DNA of 64,000 nt from a virus. The stretch lies in the IMG/VR virus record IMGVR_UViG_3300037261_000044, positions 1 through 64,000 of that record. One strand, written 5' to 3'. Positions 1 to 8,935 of the stretch are shown here, piece by piece (position 1 is the first letter of the stretch; each line of letters opens with the position of its first letter). The notes beneath the pieces were generated by a model. The model had not been told where the DNA came from, made no database searches, and saw only the letters and a program-made list of their open reading frames with translations. A program made the translations under genes and the position numbers.

Positions 1-3000
1 TGCGCGACAAGGGCATCATTGACCTGCCCAAGGACACGACGGCGGCTCAGCAGGAAGCGCAGCGCCTCGTGGAAGAGACTGCGGCCATCCGTGAGAACAA
101 GGTTGCGGTGAGCATGGTTCAGGCGACAGCACTTGCGAAGGACGCGGGCGTTCCCGTGCTCCCCGGCGAAGACGCTGCCACCATCCTCGACAAGGTGTTC
201 GCACAGCAGGGCGGGACTCCCAAGGGGCCGGTCTTCACACCCGCCGACGCGGCGCGCGACGAAGAGGGACAGACTGCCAAGCAGATGTCCTTCGCCGGGA
301 TGGCGCAGCACCCTGAAGACGTGATGGACTACAACCCCACGGCGATGAGCGCACGGAGCAATGAACTAGACACGTGGCACGCCGCCGGAGCCATCGACCA
401 CCCGACGATGCCGGAAGACCTTCAGAACGTGCGTGACAACTTCCGTCAGCGCGTTGACTCCATGCACCCGAATGAGGTCGCGCAGCGGTTCAACTCCGAC
501 GCGCGCACTGCCGACTGGCAGAAGGGTATCCTACAAGAACAACGTCCCGAGGCTGTAACAGGGGACGTGGCTCAAGAAATGCGTGCTCGCCCGGAAGGTA
601 GCCCAGCGCAGGCTACAACCGTGGGTGCCGGTGCAAGTCCCCAGCCAGACATGGCTACCCTGAAGGACGACTTGCGGAAGGCGGGAGTACCCGAAGACAA
701 GGTAGATGAGATTGCACAGAGAGCATCTGAGGCAGCGACGCCGCCCGTCTCCACGGACACGGGTCAGGCCATGCGTGCGAGTTCACGTGCGGCGGCGCTG
801 TCTCCTTCTCCTTTCGGCGACTCGGCATATGTCCGGTCGCGGGGAGCCGACCCGAACACACTGACGGTCAACGACCGCCCGGTGGTCTCCGCTGTGGCGA
901 ACACGGTCGCTGGTACCGCCGACCCGGAACTCAACGCCGGGGCACGCATGATACAGTCGGCCAATCAGGCCATCGAGAAGACCATCGCCACGTCCTCATG
1001 GGCACCGACCGTGGACAAGGCGTTCTCGGATGCGGTAGACCTTGGCGTGAACATTCTCGACAGGGGTAAGTATGCGCTGCAAGGCGCTGGCCCGAAGTCT
1101 GGCGGTCTCTACTACAGGCCCGGAGAAATCGGTTTCTACAACGATGTGCAAGCACCGTCCAGTCTTGCGAAGCAGGGCTACGGTGACGTGGGTACGCTCG
1201 CGCGTGCTGACACGACCATCCACCTCAACCCGGTAGACATGTTCCAGAACGCACAGAATGAAGCCCGCTTGCAGGGCATCTCACTGCCGCGTGCTCTGGC
1301 ACAGGACACTGTGGAGACGGGTCTTCACGAAGTGGCGCATGACCTCGCCTTTCACGGCGTAGGGGAACAGAACTTCCTTGATGTGTTGAACCAGATGAAG
1401 GCGGACGGCGCGGCTGAAGTCGCTGCACACACGAACGCCCTCGAAGCGACTTTCCAGAAGATGGCCGATGATGGTACACTCATCAAGTGGGAGAACGACA
1501 ATGGACGAATCGGTAGACTCAACTCAGACGCAAACGCCGCCGCCCGAGGCGGGGGTGCCGGAAGCCAGTGGACAGACAGCCTCCACGACGACCAGCTACC
1601 TCTCGCGGCTCGGGGTAACGGAGCCGTGGGCCAAAACGCTGTTCGGAATGCTGAAGGCGTGCCTCCGGCAGCCCAACCCGCCAGTGGAGGAAATCAAGGG
1701 GTACCTAGCGGCGCTCCAAGCGGAGGGGGCCGACCCGGAGGCGGTGTACCAAGCGCTGGTGGAGACGCGGAAGCAAGGCTTACCGCCGCTTCCGGCCTAC
1801 CCGACCGTAGCGCCCCCGTCGAGCCAAACCCCGGAATCACCGGAGAGCGACCAGTCGCCAGCCGACTCCAACGCACCGACCTCAACGGAAACGGGGTCAA
1901 CCCCGCCGGAAGGCCAGCAGCCCCCGCCGCAGAGTCCCCCGGCGCGCCGGGTCAGCCGCCAGTAGTCCGCATCACCAGCCCGGAGCCGCAGTTGCTTCAG
2001 CGCGCCGGAGCGCCGGAGAAGACAGCGGTCTTCGAAGAGCCGCTGCCCGAGGGACGTATCCTCGAAGCGCCGCGCTCGCTGACGGACATTCAGGACAGCC
2101 TGCTCAACGACAACAAGATGCGGCAGATTGGCAACGCTGTCGCCGACCGCAATCCCATCGCCAAGGCTGCCATCGACGCCATCGCCGGTAAGACGGCGAC
2201 CGCTGTCACGCCTTTCGAAAAGGACATTGCCGCGTACGCCGTGAAGGGCGACGTGGACGCCTCTCGCGCTGTGATGGCGATGGCGGAAATCCGTCAGGGG
2301 CCGTCGCCATTCGACACACTGGCCGGTGACCTGACGCACGCCACTGACTGGCGCGGCAACGATGTCATCGTGCCGAAGGGCGACCTCTACTCGCACCCGG
2401 ACAACTTCATCCTCAACGACGCGCAGAAGGGCTACGTCGCGCGCATCCACCAAGTGCTGGATGAGGCGGTCGCCGACGCCCGCGCTGCCGGTGTGGACAT
2501 CAAAGACCTCGCCTCCACGAGCGGCGATAACGGCCACTGGGTTCCCCGCTGGGTGCAGGGTGCGGACGGTGTGTCTCTTGAGCGCCCGTACGGCAAGACC
2601 GCATTCGGTGCAAGCCAGCCGTTCGACAAGGCGCGGTCATTCCCAACACAGGCGCAGGGCATGCAGTCCGGCATTGTGTACCACAACACGGACGATGCCA
2701 TTCAGGCGGCGGTCTCCGCACTGTTGCAGAAGACGCGCGACGCGGAACTCATCAACAACGTCAAGGGCATGGGCGCAACCCCGAGCGAACTGGCTGGCCC
2801 TGCCGCCCGCGCGCCGCTCGATGCACAGGTCATCAAACTGACCGACGCCCGCAACCAGTTGAACGCGGCCAACAAGGCGGTCGCCGACCTCAAGGTGGGC
2901 AATGCCACGATACAGGCTGGACGGCAAACGCTTTCGCCTGCGGACATCCGCAACATCGTCAGCACACACCCGGATGTCACGGGCGCGCAGAGCGCGCTGG

Positions 3001-5504
3001 CCGACGCCACCAAGGTGCGCGATGACCTTCAGACGCGCTGGAACTCTGCCTCCACCCCGGCGGCGCAGGAGCGCATCGGGGCACAACTCGACGTGGCGAA
3101 GAACAAGGTCGCCGTCGCACAGAACGACCTGAAGGAAGCCAACAGCAACATCCGGCAGCAGGTCACGTCGTCGGACACGGAACAAGTCACCGGAGCGAAA
3201 ACCAAGTCTGCCAACAGTCTGGCCGATGCCATTGCGCAGCAGAAGGCGGCGCAGGCGAACTACGACAGCATCTACGCCGGGACGACGCAGGCGAAGCGCG
3301 ACCTCAGCAGCATCCTCAAGTCCAAGGCGAACACTTTCCGTGAGCCGGGGACGGCCTTCGGCATGAGTTCCGACATCATCCCAGTGCGGACAACCACCAT
3401 CCCGGCGCTGGGCAATCGCATCTTTCCGTCTGAGACCGCCGACCAGTTGGAGGCCGCGCTGTCGCCGAAGACGAGCAAGGCGCTCAGCAACCTCGCCAAG
3501 GTCAACGACTTCTCGCGTATGATGGTCACGGCCACCGACTTCGCCGCGCCGTTCTTGCAGGGACTCCCCATTCTCGCGCGCGACCCCGGCGCGTGGGCGA
3601 AGGGCATGGTCGCCCACTTCCAGACGTACTTCGACCCAGAGCACTTGCAGGCCATCTACGCCGCCAACCGCGAGTTCGCGAATGCCTCAGGGTTTAACGA
3701 TTACGTCGGCGGGCTGAACGCGAACGAGTTCTACAACAACGCCATCGGCGGCAAGACCATCATCGGTCACGCCGCAGAGTCGCCCATCCCGTTGCTCCGT
3801 GTCCCGGCGCAAGCACTGGGCCGGTTCCGCATCGCGTTCGATGCGTTCAACGATGTGGCGAAGTTGGAGACGTGGCGCGGTCTGTACCAGTCGGCTGAGG
3901 GTGACCCGAAGAAACTCGAAGAACTCGGGACGTTCGTGCGCAACCTCTCCGGCTCAACGTCTATGGCGCGCGCCGGGGCGACGGTCGGCCAGCGGCAAGT
4001 CGAATCACTGGTGATGTTCGCACCGCGTTTCACCCGGTCGGCATTCGCACTGGGTGCACAAGCCATGCAGGGCGGCATCGGTGGTGCCAACGCTCGCCGG
4101 TCTCTCGCCAGCCTCGTCCTCGGGGCCATGGCGGCGTATGCTGCGGTGAAGACCGGTCTGCACGCGGCAGGCATGGGTGACCCGCTGAGTGCCAAGGACT
4201 TCGACCCATCGCAGGGCGGACGCTTCATGTCGGTCAAGGTGGGCGACAACTACATCGGTCTCGGCGGCTCAATGCGTGGTGCCATCCAGATGCTTGGCAG
4301 CGCCGCCGTCGCGGGTGCGACGAACCCGAGCGAGTTGATTTCCACCGACAGCGCGACCAATCCATTCTTGAAGTTCGCGCGGTCGCGGTCTGCTCCCGGT
4401 GTCAGTCAGGTGTGGAACCTCATCTCCGGCACCGACCCGATTGGTCACCAGTACACCGGCACGCAGGACTGGCTCTCGAAACTGCCGGACAGCCTGATGC
4501 CGTTCGGTGTGAGTGCTCTGGTGGGTGCCTCGGGTAGCCCGCAGGCGCGCGTCGGCATCTATGCGGCGCAGACGTTGGGTCTCCGCACCTTCCCCGAGAC
4601 GTTGAACGAGAACCTGTCCAAGACTCTGAAGGACGACATCAGCAAGATTCCCACAAACGTAGTAGGGTTCTCGGCAACTGACCGCGCCGACATCACAAGC
4701 TGGGCCAACCTGACCAAGTTCCAGAAGGTCGCCATCCTTCAGCGATACCCGGAAATCCGGCAGCAACTCGACCCGAAGGAAGCGCAATACTGGACGGGAT
4801 ACAAGCAGGTGGAGGCCGACACGTTGCAGGCCAAGCGCTCGCTCGGGCAGCAACTCTTGGATGCGCAGGCGAAGACAGCGCAGGGCATTCCGCTCTCACC
4901 GGGCGACATGACCGCTGCCGCGTATCGCAAGGCGCTCTCTGACATCACCACCAAGCAGTACGCTGCGGAGGCGGCACTGAACGGAGCGAACGCCATCACC
5001 GGGCAAGGCGGGAACTACGCCTCCACGGGTGGCCCCACGACGCACCGGCAGCAGGTCATGACGGACTATTACAACAACGTCGTGAGCGCGGACTACGTTG
5101 ACCCGAACACCGGGCAGTTGGACTTCGCCGCGAAGGACGCCGCTGAGGCACAGTACCTTGCGACCATTCCGGCGGCTGACCAAGCCATCGTCGCGCAGGA
5201 GCAAGGCGCGGAGTACGACATCGTAGCGCGAGAACTCAAGGCCGCGAAGATGGCACTGGCTCCATACTGGTCGCTGGGTGACAGCATCGCGAAGAGCATG
5301 GGCTTCGATGACGCACAGGCGCTCACCATGCAGGGTTCAGCGGCACAGTTGAAGGCGTACAACGCGAAGAAGTTGAAGGCTGAGACCGCCTACAAGAAGG
5401 CAAACCCCACCGCGAACACCTTGCTCATCGACTGGGGGTACGCGAAAACCCCGCCGACGAAGGGTCTCTCCATCGGGCCTGTGAACCGCACGCCTCTGTA
5501 CTAG
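1..5504 (+). CDS. Giant internal virion/ejection-type (polyvalent-like) protein with zincin metallopeptidase motif; 5' truncated
   Basis: The frame is open from nt 3 (RDKGIIDLPK...), so the true start is upstream of the window. >1811 aa, Ala/Gly/Gln-rich; TGLHEVAHDLAFH (HExxH) near 1318-1356; coiled-coil middle; lies in the virion module. Confidence 0.65.
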   Translation, partial: RDKGIIDLPKDTTAAQQEAQRLVEETAAIRENKVAVSMVQATALAKDAGVPVLPGEDAATILDKVFAQQGGTPKGPVFTPADAARDEEGQTAKQMSFAGMAQHPEDVMDYNPTAMSARSNELDTWHAAGAIDHPTMPEDLQNVRDNFRQRVDSMHPNEVAQRFNSDARTADWQKGILQEQRPEAVTGDVAQEMRARPEGSPAQATTVGAGASPQPDMATLKDDLRKAGVPEDKVDEIAQRASEAATPPVSTDTGQAMRASSRAAALSPSPFGDSAYVRSRGADPNTLTVNDRPVVSAVANTVAGTADPELNAGARMIQSANQAIEKTIATSSWAPTVDKAFSDAVDLGVNILDRGKYALQGAGPKSGGLYYRPGEIGFYNDVQAPSSLAKQGYGDVGTLARADTTIHLNPVDMFQNAQNEARLQGISLPRALAQDTVETGLHEVAHDLAFHGVGEQNFLDVLNQMKADGAAEVAAHTNALEATFQKMADDGTLIKWENDNGRIGRLNSDANAAARGGGAGSQWTDSLHDDQLPLAARGNGAVGQNAVRNAEGVPPAAQPASGGNQGVPSGAPSGGGRPGGGVPSAGGDAEARLTAASGLPDRSAPVEPNPGITGERPVASRLQRTDLNGNGVNPAGRPAAPAAESPGAPGQPPVVRITSPEPQLLQRAGAPEKTAVFEEPLPEGRILEAPRSLTDIQDSLLNDNKMRQIGNAVADRNPIAKAAIDAIAGKTATAVTPFEKDIAAYAVKGDVDASRAVMAMAEIRQGPSPFDTLAGDLTHATDWRGNDVIVPKGDLYSHPDNFILNDAQKGYVARIHQVLDEAVADARAAGVDIKDLASTSGDNGHWVPRWVQGADGVSLERPYGKTAFGASQPFDKARSFPTQAQGMQSGIVYHNTDDAIQAAVSALLQKTRDAELINNVKGMGATPSELAGPAARAPLDAQVIKLTDARNQLNAANKAVADLKVGNATIQAGRQTLSPADIRNIVSTHPDVTGAQSALADATKVRDDLQTRWNSASTPAAQERIGAQLDVAKNKVAVAQNDLKEANSNIRQQVTSSDTEQVTGAKTKSANSLADAIAQQKAAQANYDSIYAGTTQAKRDLSSILKSKANTFREPGTAFGMSSDIIPVRTTTIPALGNRIFPSETADQLEAALSPKTSKALSNLAKVNDFSRMMVTATDFAAPFLQGLPILARDPGAWAKGMVAHFQTYFDPEHLQAIYAANREFANASGFNDYVGGLNANEFYNNAIGGKTIIGHAAESPIPLLRVPAQALGRFRIAFDAFNDVAKLETWRGLYQSAEGDPKKLEELGTFVRNLSGSTSMARAGATVGQRQVESLVMFAPRFTRSAFALGAQAMQGGIGGANARRSLASLVLGAMAAYAAVKTGLHAAGMGDPLSAKDFDPSQGGRFMSVKVGDNYIGLGGSMRGAIQMLGSAAVAGATNPSELISTDSATNPFLKFARSRSAPGVSQVWNLISGTDPIGHQYTGTQDWLSKLPDSLMPFGVSALVGASGSPQARVGIYAAQTLGLRTFPETLNENLSKTLKDDISKIPTNVVGFSATDRADITSWANLTKFQKVAILQRYPEIRQQLDPKEAQYWTGYKQVEADTLQAKRSLGQQLLDAQAKTAQGIPLSPGDMTAAAYRKALSDITTKQYAAEAALNGANAITGQGGNYASTGGPTTHRQQVMTDYYNNVVSADYVDPNTGQLDFAAKDAAEAQYLATIPAADQAIVAQEQGAEYDIVARELKAAKMALAPYWSLGDSIAKSMGFDDAQALTMQGSAAQLKAYNAKKLKAETAYKKANPTANTLLIDWGYAKTPPTKGLSIGPVNRTPLY

Positions 5505-5506
5505 GG

Positions 5507-5536
5507 TTGACATCTGTCTCGTAATCACCGTATCAT
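5507..5536 (+). promoter_or_regulatory. Sigma70-type promoter
   Basis: TTGACA-18 nt-TATCAT, followed by an AAGGAG SD before ATG 5563. Confidence 0.75.
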
Positions 5537-5562
5537 AAGAGTAGAGCGAAAAGGAGCATCTG

Positions 5563-6870
5563 ATGCCTGAAGACGCAGCCGCCGCCGCAGCCGCCACCCC
5601 GACCGAAGCTGAAATCAACGCCAAGGTCACACCCGCCGACGCACGCGAGGTCATCGAACCTTCGAAGTCGGCTCCCAAAGCCGAACGACCCAGCATCACC
5701 GAACTGTTCGAAGCCGAGAAGGCTGCGGGCACGATGGGCGATAACCCGGACGAGCCGGATGCAGAAGCCGCTGCTGCCGCCGCCGCCGCTGCCGCCGCCA
5801 AGCCCGCCGCCGTTGTGCCGGAGGCTGCCAAGCCTGCCGACAAGCCGGAGGCGACGCCCGAAAACCTCAAGAAGCTGGAAGGCAAGACCGAGGAAGAACT
5901 CGCCACGCTCGCCGCTGCGAACGTCGAAGACCTCGAAAAGCTGGCCGCTCTTGAGGCTGAGACCGCCGACGCCGTAAAGGCGAAGGCCGACCTCGATAGC
6001 CTGCTTGAGACCTTTGATGACCCGGCGGTACTGAACGCGGCGCTCGCGCGCGCAGGCGTCGCCAAGGTCGCGGAACTTCCCGCCGTCAAGGAACTCGTTG
6101 GCCGCATGGTGCAGAGCGCCCGCGACCAGACGCGCAACGAACTCATGAAGGCACAGGCGCAGGCTGCTCAGCTTGCCGACGTGACCAAGGAGGGGCGCGC
6201 CGCCAAGGACAAGCTGGTGGCCGCGCTCGACAAGCTGGCGACGGATATTGATGAGGGCGACGCCCACGAAGGCCCGCTCAACATTCCGACCGCCGACGCC
6301 ATCAAGCAGGCGTTCGATGAGTATGCTGGCGCTGCGGTGGGTGAGTACCACACCAAGGCGTGGCAGGTGCTCAGCGACTCCATGTACAGCCTGCCCGAGA
6401 TGGGTGGCCCGGTGCCGGACGGCGTGAAGACGCAGCCCCCGGCGTTCTCCCCTGAGCAGAAGCAGTTGCTCGCGGCTGTCGCGGGTACCCCGGACTCAGC
6501 CCTGTGGATGGCGGCGCACCTCGCCGTCGAGCGCGATGTCCTCTGGACGTGGGCGCAGGCTGAAGCCGCTGCCAACAACCAGACCTCCTTCGAAGGTGAG
6601 AAGACGCTGCTTCAGGCGGCGCACGCGAAGGAAATCAAGGAACTGACCAAGAACCACGCCGCTGAAGTGAAGACGGCCCGCGACGAAGCCCGTGCGGAAG
6701 CGCTGGCCGACGCCGCGACCCCCGGCAAGCTGCCGCCGAAGACGCCGAAGACCCCGACCGCTCGCATCACGGCGACCGACCCTGACGACGACGGCATTCC
6801 TCAGGGCGCGACCATCAAGGAAATCAGGGGCATCATCGCCGCGCGGCAGAACGCAGGCGTCGAAGTCTAA
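5563..6870 (+). CDS. Putative capsid scaffolding protein
   Basis: 435 aa, acidic, Ala/Glu-rich and helical, with a disordered N-terminus and short helical C-terminus; near the capsid gene; own promoter and SD. Confidence 0.55.
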   Translation: MPEDAAAAAAATPTEAEINAKVTPADAREVIEPSKSAPKAERPSITELFEAEKAAGTMGDNPDEPDAEAAAAAAAAAAAKPAAVVPEAAKPADKPEATPENLKKLEGKTEEELATLAAANVEDLEKLAALEAETADAVKAKADLDSLLETFDDPAVLNAALARAGVAKVAELPAVKELVGRMVQSARDQTRNELMKAQAQAAQLADVTKEGRAAKDKLVAALDKLATDIDEGDAHEGPLNIPTADAIKQAFDEYAGAAVGEYHTKAWQVLSDSMYSLPEMGGPVPDGVKTQPPAFSPEQKQLLAAVAGTPDSALWMAAHLAVERDVLWTWAQAEAAANNQTSFEGEKTLLQAAHAKEIKELTKNHAAEVKTARDEARAEALADAATPGKLPPKTPKTPTARITATDPDDDGIPQGATIKEIRGIIAARQNAGVEV

Positions 6871-6895
6871 GGTGCTCCCCAGCTAAGGGTGAAGG

Positions 6896-6921
6896 GAGGG
6901 GTCATATGCGACCCCTCTTTT
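6896..6921 (+). terminator. Intrinsic terminator
   Basis: GAGGGGTC-atatgc-GACCCCTC-TTTT after the scaffold stop. Confidence 0.7.
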
Positions 6922-6938
6922 GCTCGCCGGAGGTGACC

Positions 6939-7364
6939 ATGAGCAAGCATCCCGTAAACAAAGTGCTGGTTGACCAGCGTGGCATCAGCGACCGCATCGC
7001 CGATGTCGTCGCTGCATTCGCCGGGAACATGAAGTTCATCTACCTGCACGCCGCCATCTTCGGTATCTGGATGGCAACTGGTGGTTTTGGGACGGATGCA
7101 TTTCCGTTCAACCTCTTGACCATGGTGGTCAGCCTTGAGGCCATCTTCCTGACGACTCTCGTCATGATTTCCCAGAACCGTCAGTCTGCGTCCGACCGCC
7201 TCACCCTCGAACACGAGGCGAATGAGACGGAGCAACTGCTGTCCCTGCAAGAAGGGCAGACGAAGGAACTCGGGAACCAGACCACGATTCTCAACCAGCA
7301 GACCGAAATCCTCAACGCCATCCATGAGCACTTGACCGGGGAAGCCAGTGTCCCTTCCGCGTAA
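6939..7364 (+). CDS. DUF1003-family membrane protein (holin candidate)
   Basis: DAFPFNLLTMVVSLEAIFLTTLVMISQNRQ matches the DUF1003 pattern; two hydrophobic segments; GGAGGT SD before ATG 6939; overlaps the endolysin start. Confidence 0.7.
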   Translation: MSKHPVNKVLVDQRGISDRIADVVAAFAGNMKFIYLHAAIFGIWMATGGFGTDAFPFNLLTMVVSLEAIFLTTLVMISQNRQSASDRLTLEHEANETEQLLSLQEGQTKELGNQTTILNQQTEILNAIHEHLTGEASVPSA

Positions 7365-8235
7365 GGCATTCGACTTCTCGAATTGGACGCGCATCCCGAC
7401 CGCTGAGGACTGCGCGTTCCTGCTCGCCGCTGGGTACACGACAGCCATCGTCGGCGCGTCATTCAATATCGGTCTCGCCCGCCAGCAGATAGCCGTCCTC
7501 CTTACCGCCGGGTTCCGCATCGAAGTCTATGCATGGCTCCGGCACCCATGGCAGGCGCAACTCCTTCAGAACGCCATCGACGCGGGAGCCGGGTTCCCGG
7601 TCGAGCGCTATTGGATGGATGTAGAGGATGCGCAGGATGCCACCGGCAAGACGACCGCCGAGCTAGAGTTCGACATTCAAGCCGGGGTAGACTATCTGCA
7701 TGCCGGGTTACCAGCGGGCATTGAAGTCGGCATCTACACAGGCGACTGGTTCTGGGATGCCTACGTGGTGTCCAAGAAAACCTTCGGGTGCCGACTGTGG
7801 CTCGCGAACTACGTCTCAGACACGACCAACCTGCCACCCGTTCCCGGTGGTTGGACGGTAGATGAACTGGTCATCTGGCAGCATGCCGACACGCTTCCGG
7901 GGACAGACTTCAACGCCGACGACGACCTGATTCTCATTGAGGTACTTGACATGACTCCTGACGAGACCACCGCAGCCATCAAGGCGTACGTTGACCCGAA
8001 GACCACCGCTCTCTACCTGAACGCGGTGCAGAACGGGGAGGACATTCTGAACCACGGTGCTCAGATTGCCGCGCTGGCGCTGGCATTCGCCGCCCATGTG
8101 CAGGCTCAACCCGTCGCCGCGCCGCCCCTACCGGATGACCTCAAGGCTCGGTTGGACGCCATTCAGGCTCAGCAAGATGCGCTTGTAGGTCGAACCAAGG
8201 CTGCTGCTGCCGCCCTTGCGCCCGCCGGGTCATAG
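7348..8235 (+). CDS. Endolysin, GH25 muramidase-like
   Basis: N-terminal DFSNW, WMDVE (DxE), GIYTG..FW, LWLANY, IWQH and a terminal DxD fit GH25 lysozymes; helical C-terminal tail. Confidence 0.8.
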   Translation: MSLPRKAFDFSNWTRIPTAEDCAFLLAAGYTTAIVGASFNIGLARQQIAVLLTAGFRIEVYAWLRHPWQAQLLQNAIDAGAGFPVERYWMDVEDAQDATGKTTAELEFDIQAGVDYLHAGLPAGIEVGIYTGDWFWDAYVVSKKTFGCRLWLANYVSDTTNLPPVPGGWTVDELVIWQHADTLPGTDFNADDDLILIEVLDMTPDETTAAIKAYVDPKTTALYLNAVQNGEDILNHGAQIAALALAFAAHVQAQPVAAPPLPDDLKARLDAIQAQQDALVGRTKAAAAALAPAGS

Positions 8236-8289
8236 CTGCTAAGCTGAGAAGGTCAATCCAGTAAGCTATCAGCCGAAAGAGGTGCAACC

Positions 8290-8478
8290 ATGCATGCCAT
8301 GGGCGAAATCAAGGAAAGCAATCGCTACGACACTCAGCCCCGGTTTGAGGGCGGGACGTACGTCATCGACCGCGTGAACGGATTCCGCATCGGCGACCAC
8401 TACACCGACGCCGCCGCCGCCCGCGCCGCCGCCGATGAGTTCAACCTTCACGGCCTACCTCTGGCGTCTGCCAAGTAG
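8290..8478 (+). CDS. Small hypothetical protein
   Basis: GAGGTG SD; typical codon usage. Confidence 0.6.
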   Translation: MHAMGEIKESNRYDTQPRFEGGTYVIDRVNGFRIGDHYTDAAAARAAADEFNLHGLPLASAK

Positions 8479-8483
8479 GCAAT

Positions 8484-8644
8484 AACCCCCAGCCACTTGG
8501 CGGGGTTCGGACATGAGAGGTACATGCTTGAGGCATGTCCACTCACGTTCCGGGGGTACGCAAAGAGACCCGGCATCGTCAGACTCCTTGTGAGCAGTGC
8601 CGGGTCTCTTGGCGTCCGAAATCCTACCCACATTTTCGGACATT
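8484..8644. other. Cluster of stem-loops (candidate ncRNA, terminator or protein-binding site)
   Basis: GGACATG/CATGTCC stem; perfect 13-bp AAGAGACCCGGCA/TGCCGGGTCTCTT (8563-8610); GTCCGAAA/TTTCGGAC palindrome (8614-8641). Confidence 0.5.
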
Positions 8645-8712
8645 AGAAGTGCAGCAGTTCACTCCCCCAGCGGCCTTTCTGGCGTCTCAATATACCTCGT
8701 TTACGCAGACTC

Positions 8713-8741
8713 TTGACACCAGTCATGCGAGTCGATATATT
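8713..8741 (+). promoter_or_regulatory. Near-consensus sigma70-type promoter for the capsid operon
   Basis: TTGACA-17 nt-TATATT. Confidence 0.8.
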
Positions 8742-8935
8742 GAATTAGAGGGTAACCACATCCTCGTGTCTACCGGTTCCAGCCAAGGAGCCTCCCACTT
8801 CCTTCGGGGAGTATGAGCGGAGTGCCACCAGCAGAACTATGAGCGTAGATTCGAACGCAAGGCTTCCTCAGTCTTTTCTCGAATCCGTGAATTACGCGCC
8901 GTCGCCAGACGGTGCCCAAAGGGAGACTCATCACC

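Noticed and set aside
1-5504. Tape measure protein call
   Set aside because: No tail tube or chaperone genes nearby and no TMP-type periodicity seen; an internal virion protein fits better.
8478-8612. Resemblance to a c-di-GMP-I (GEMM) riboswitch (GGCAA...ACGCAAAG)
   Set aside because: No GNRA-capped P2 or tetraloop receptor, spacing far too long, and the ACGCAAAG bases pair within another hairpin.
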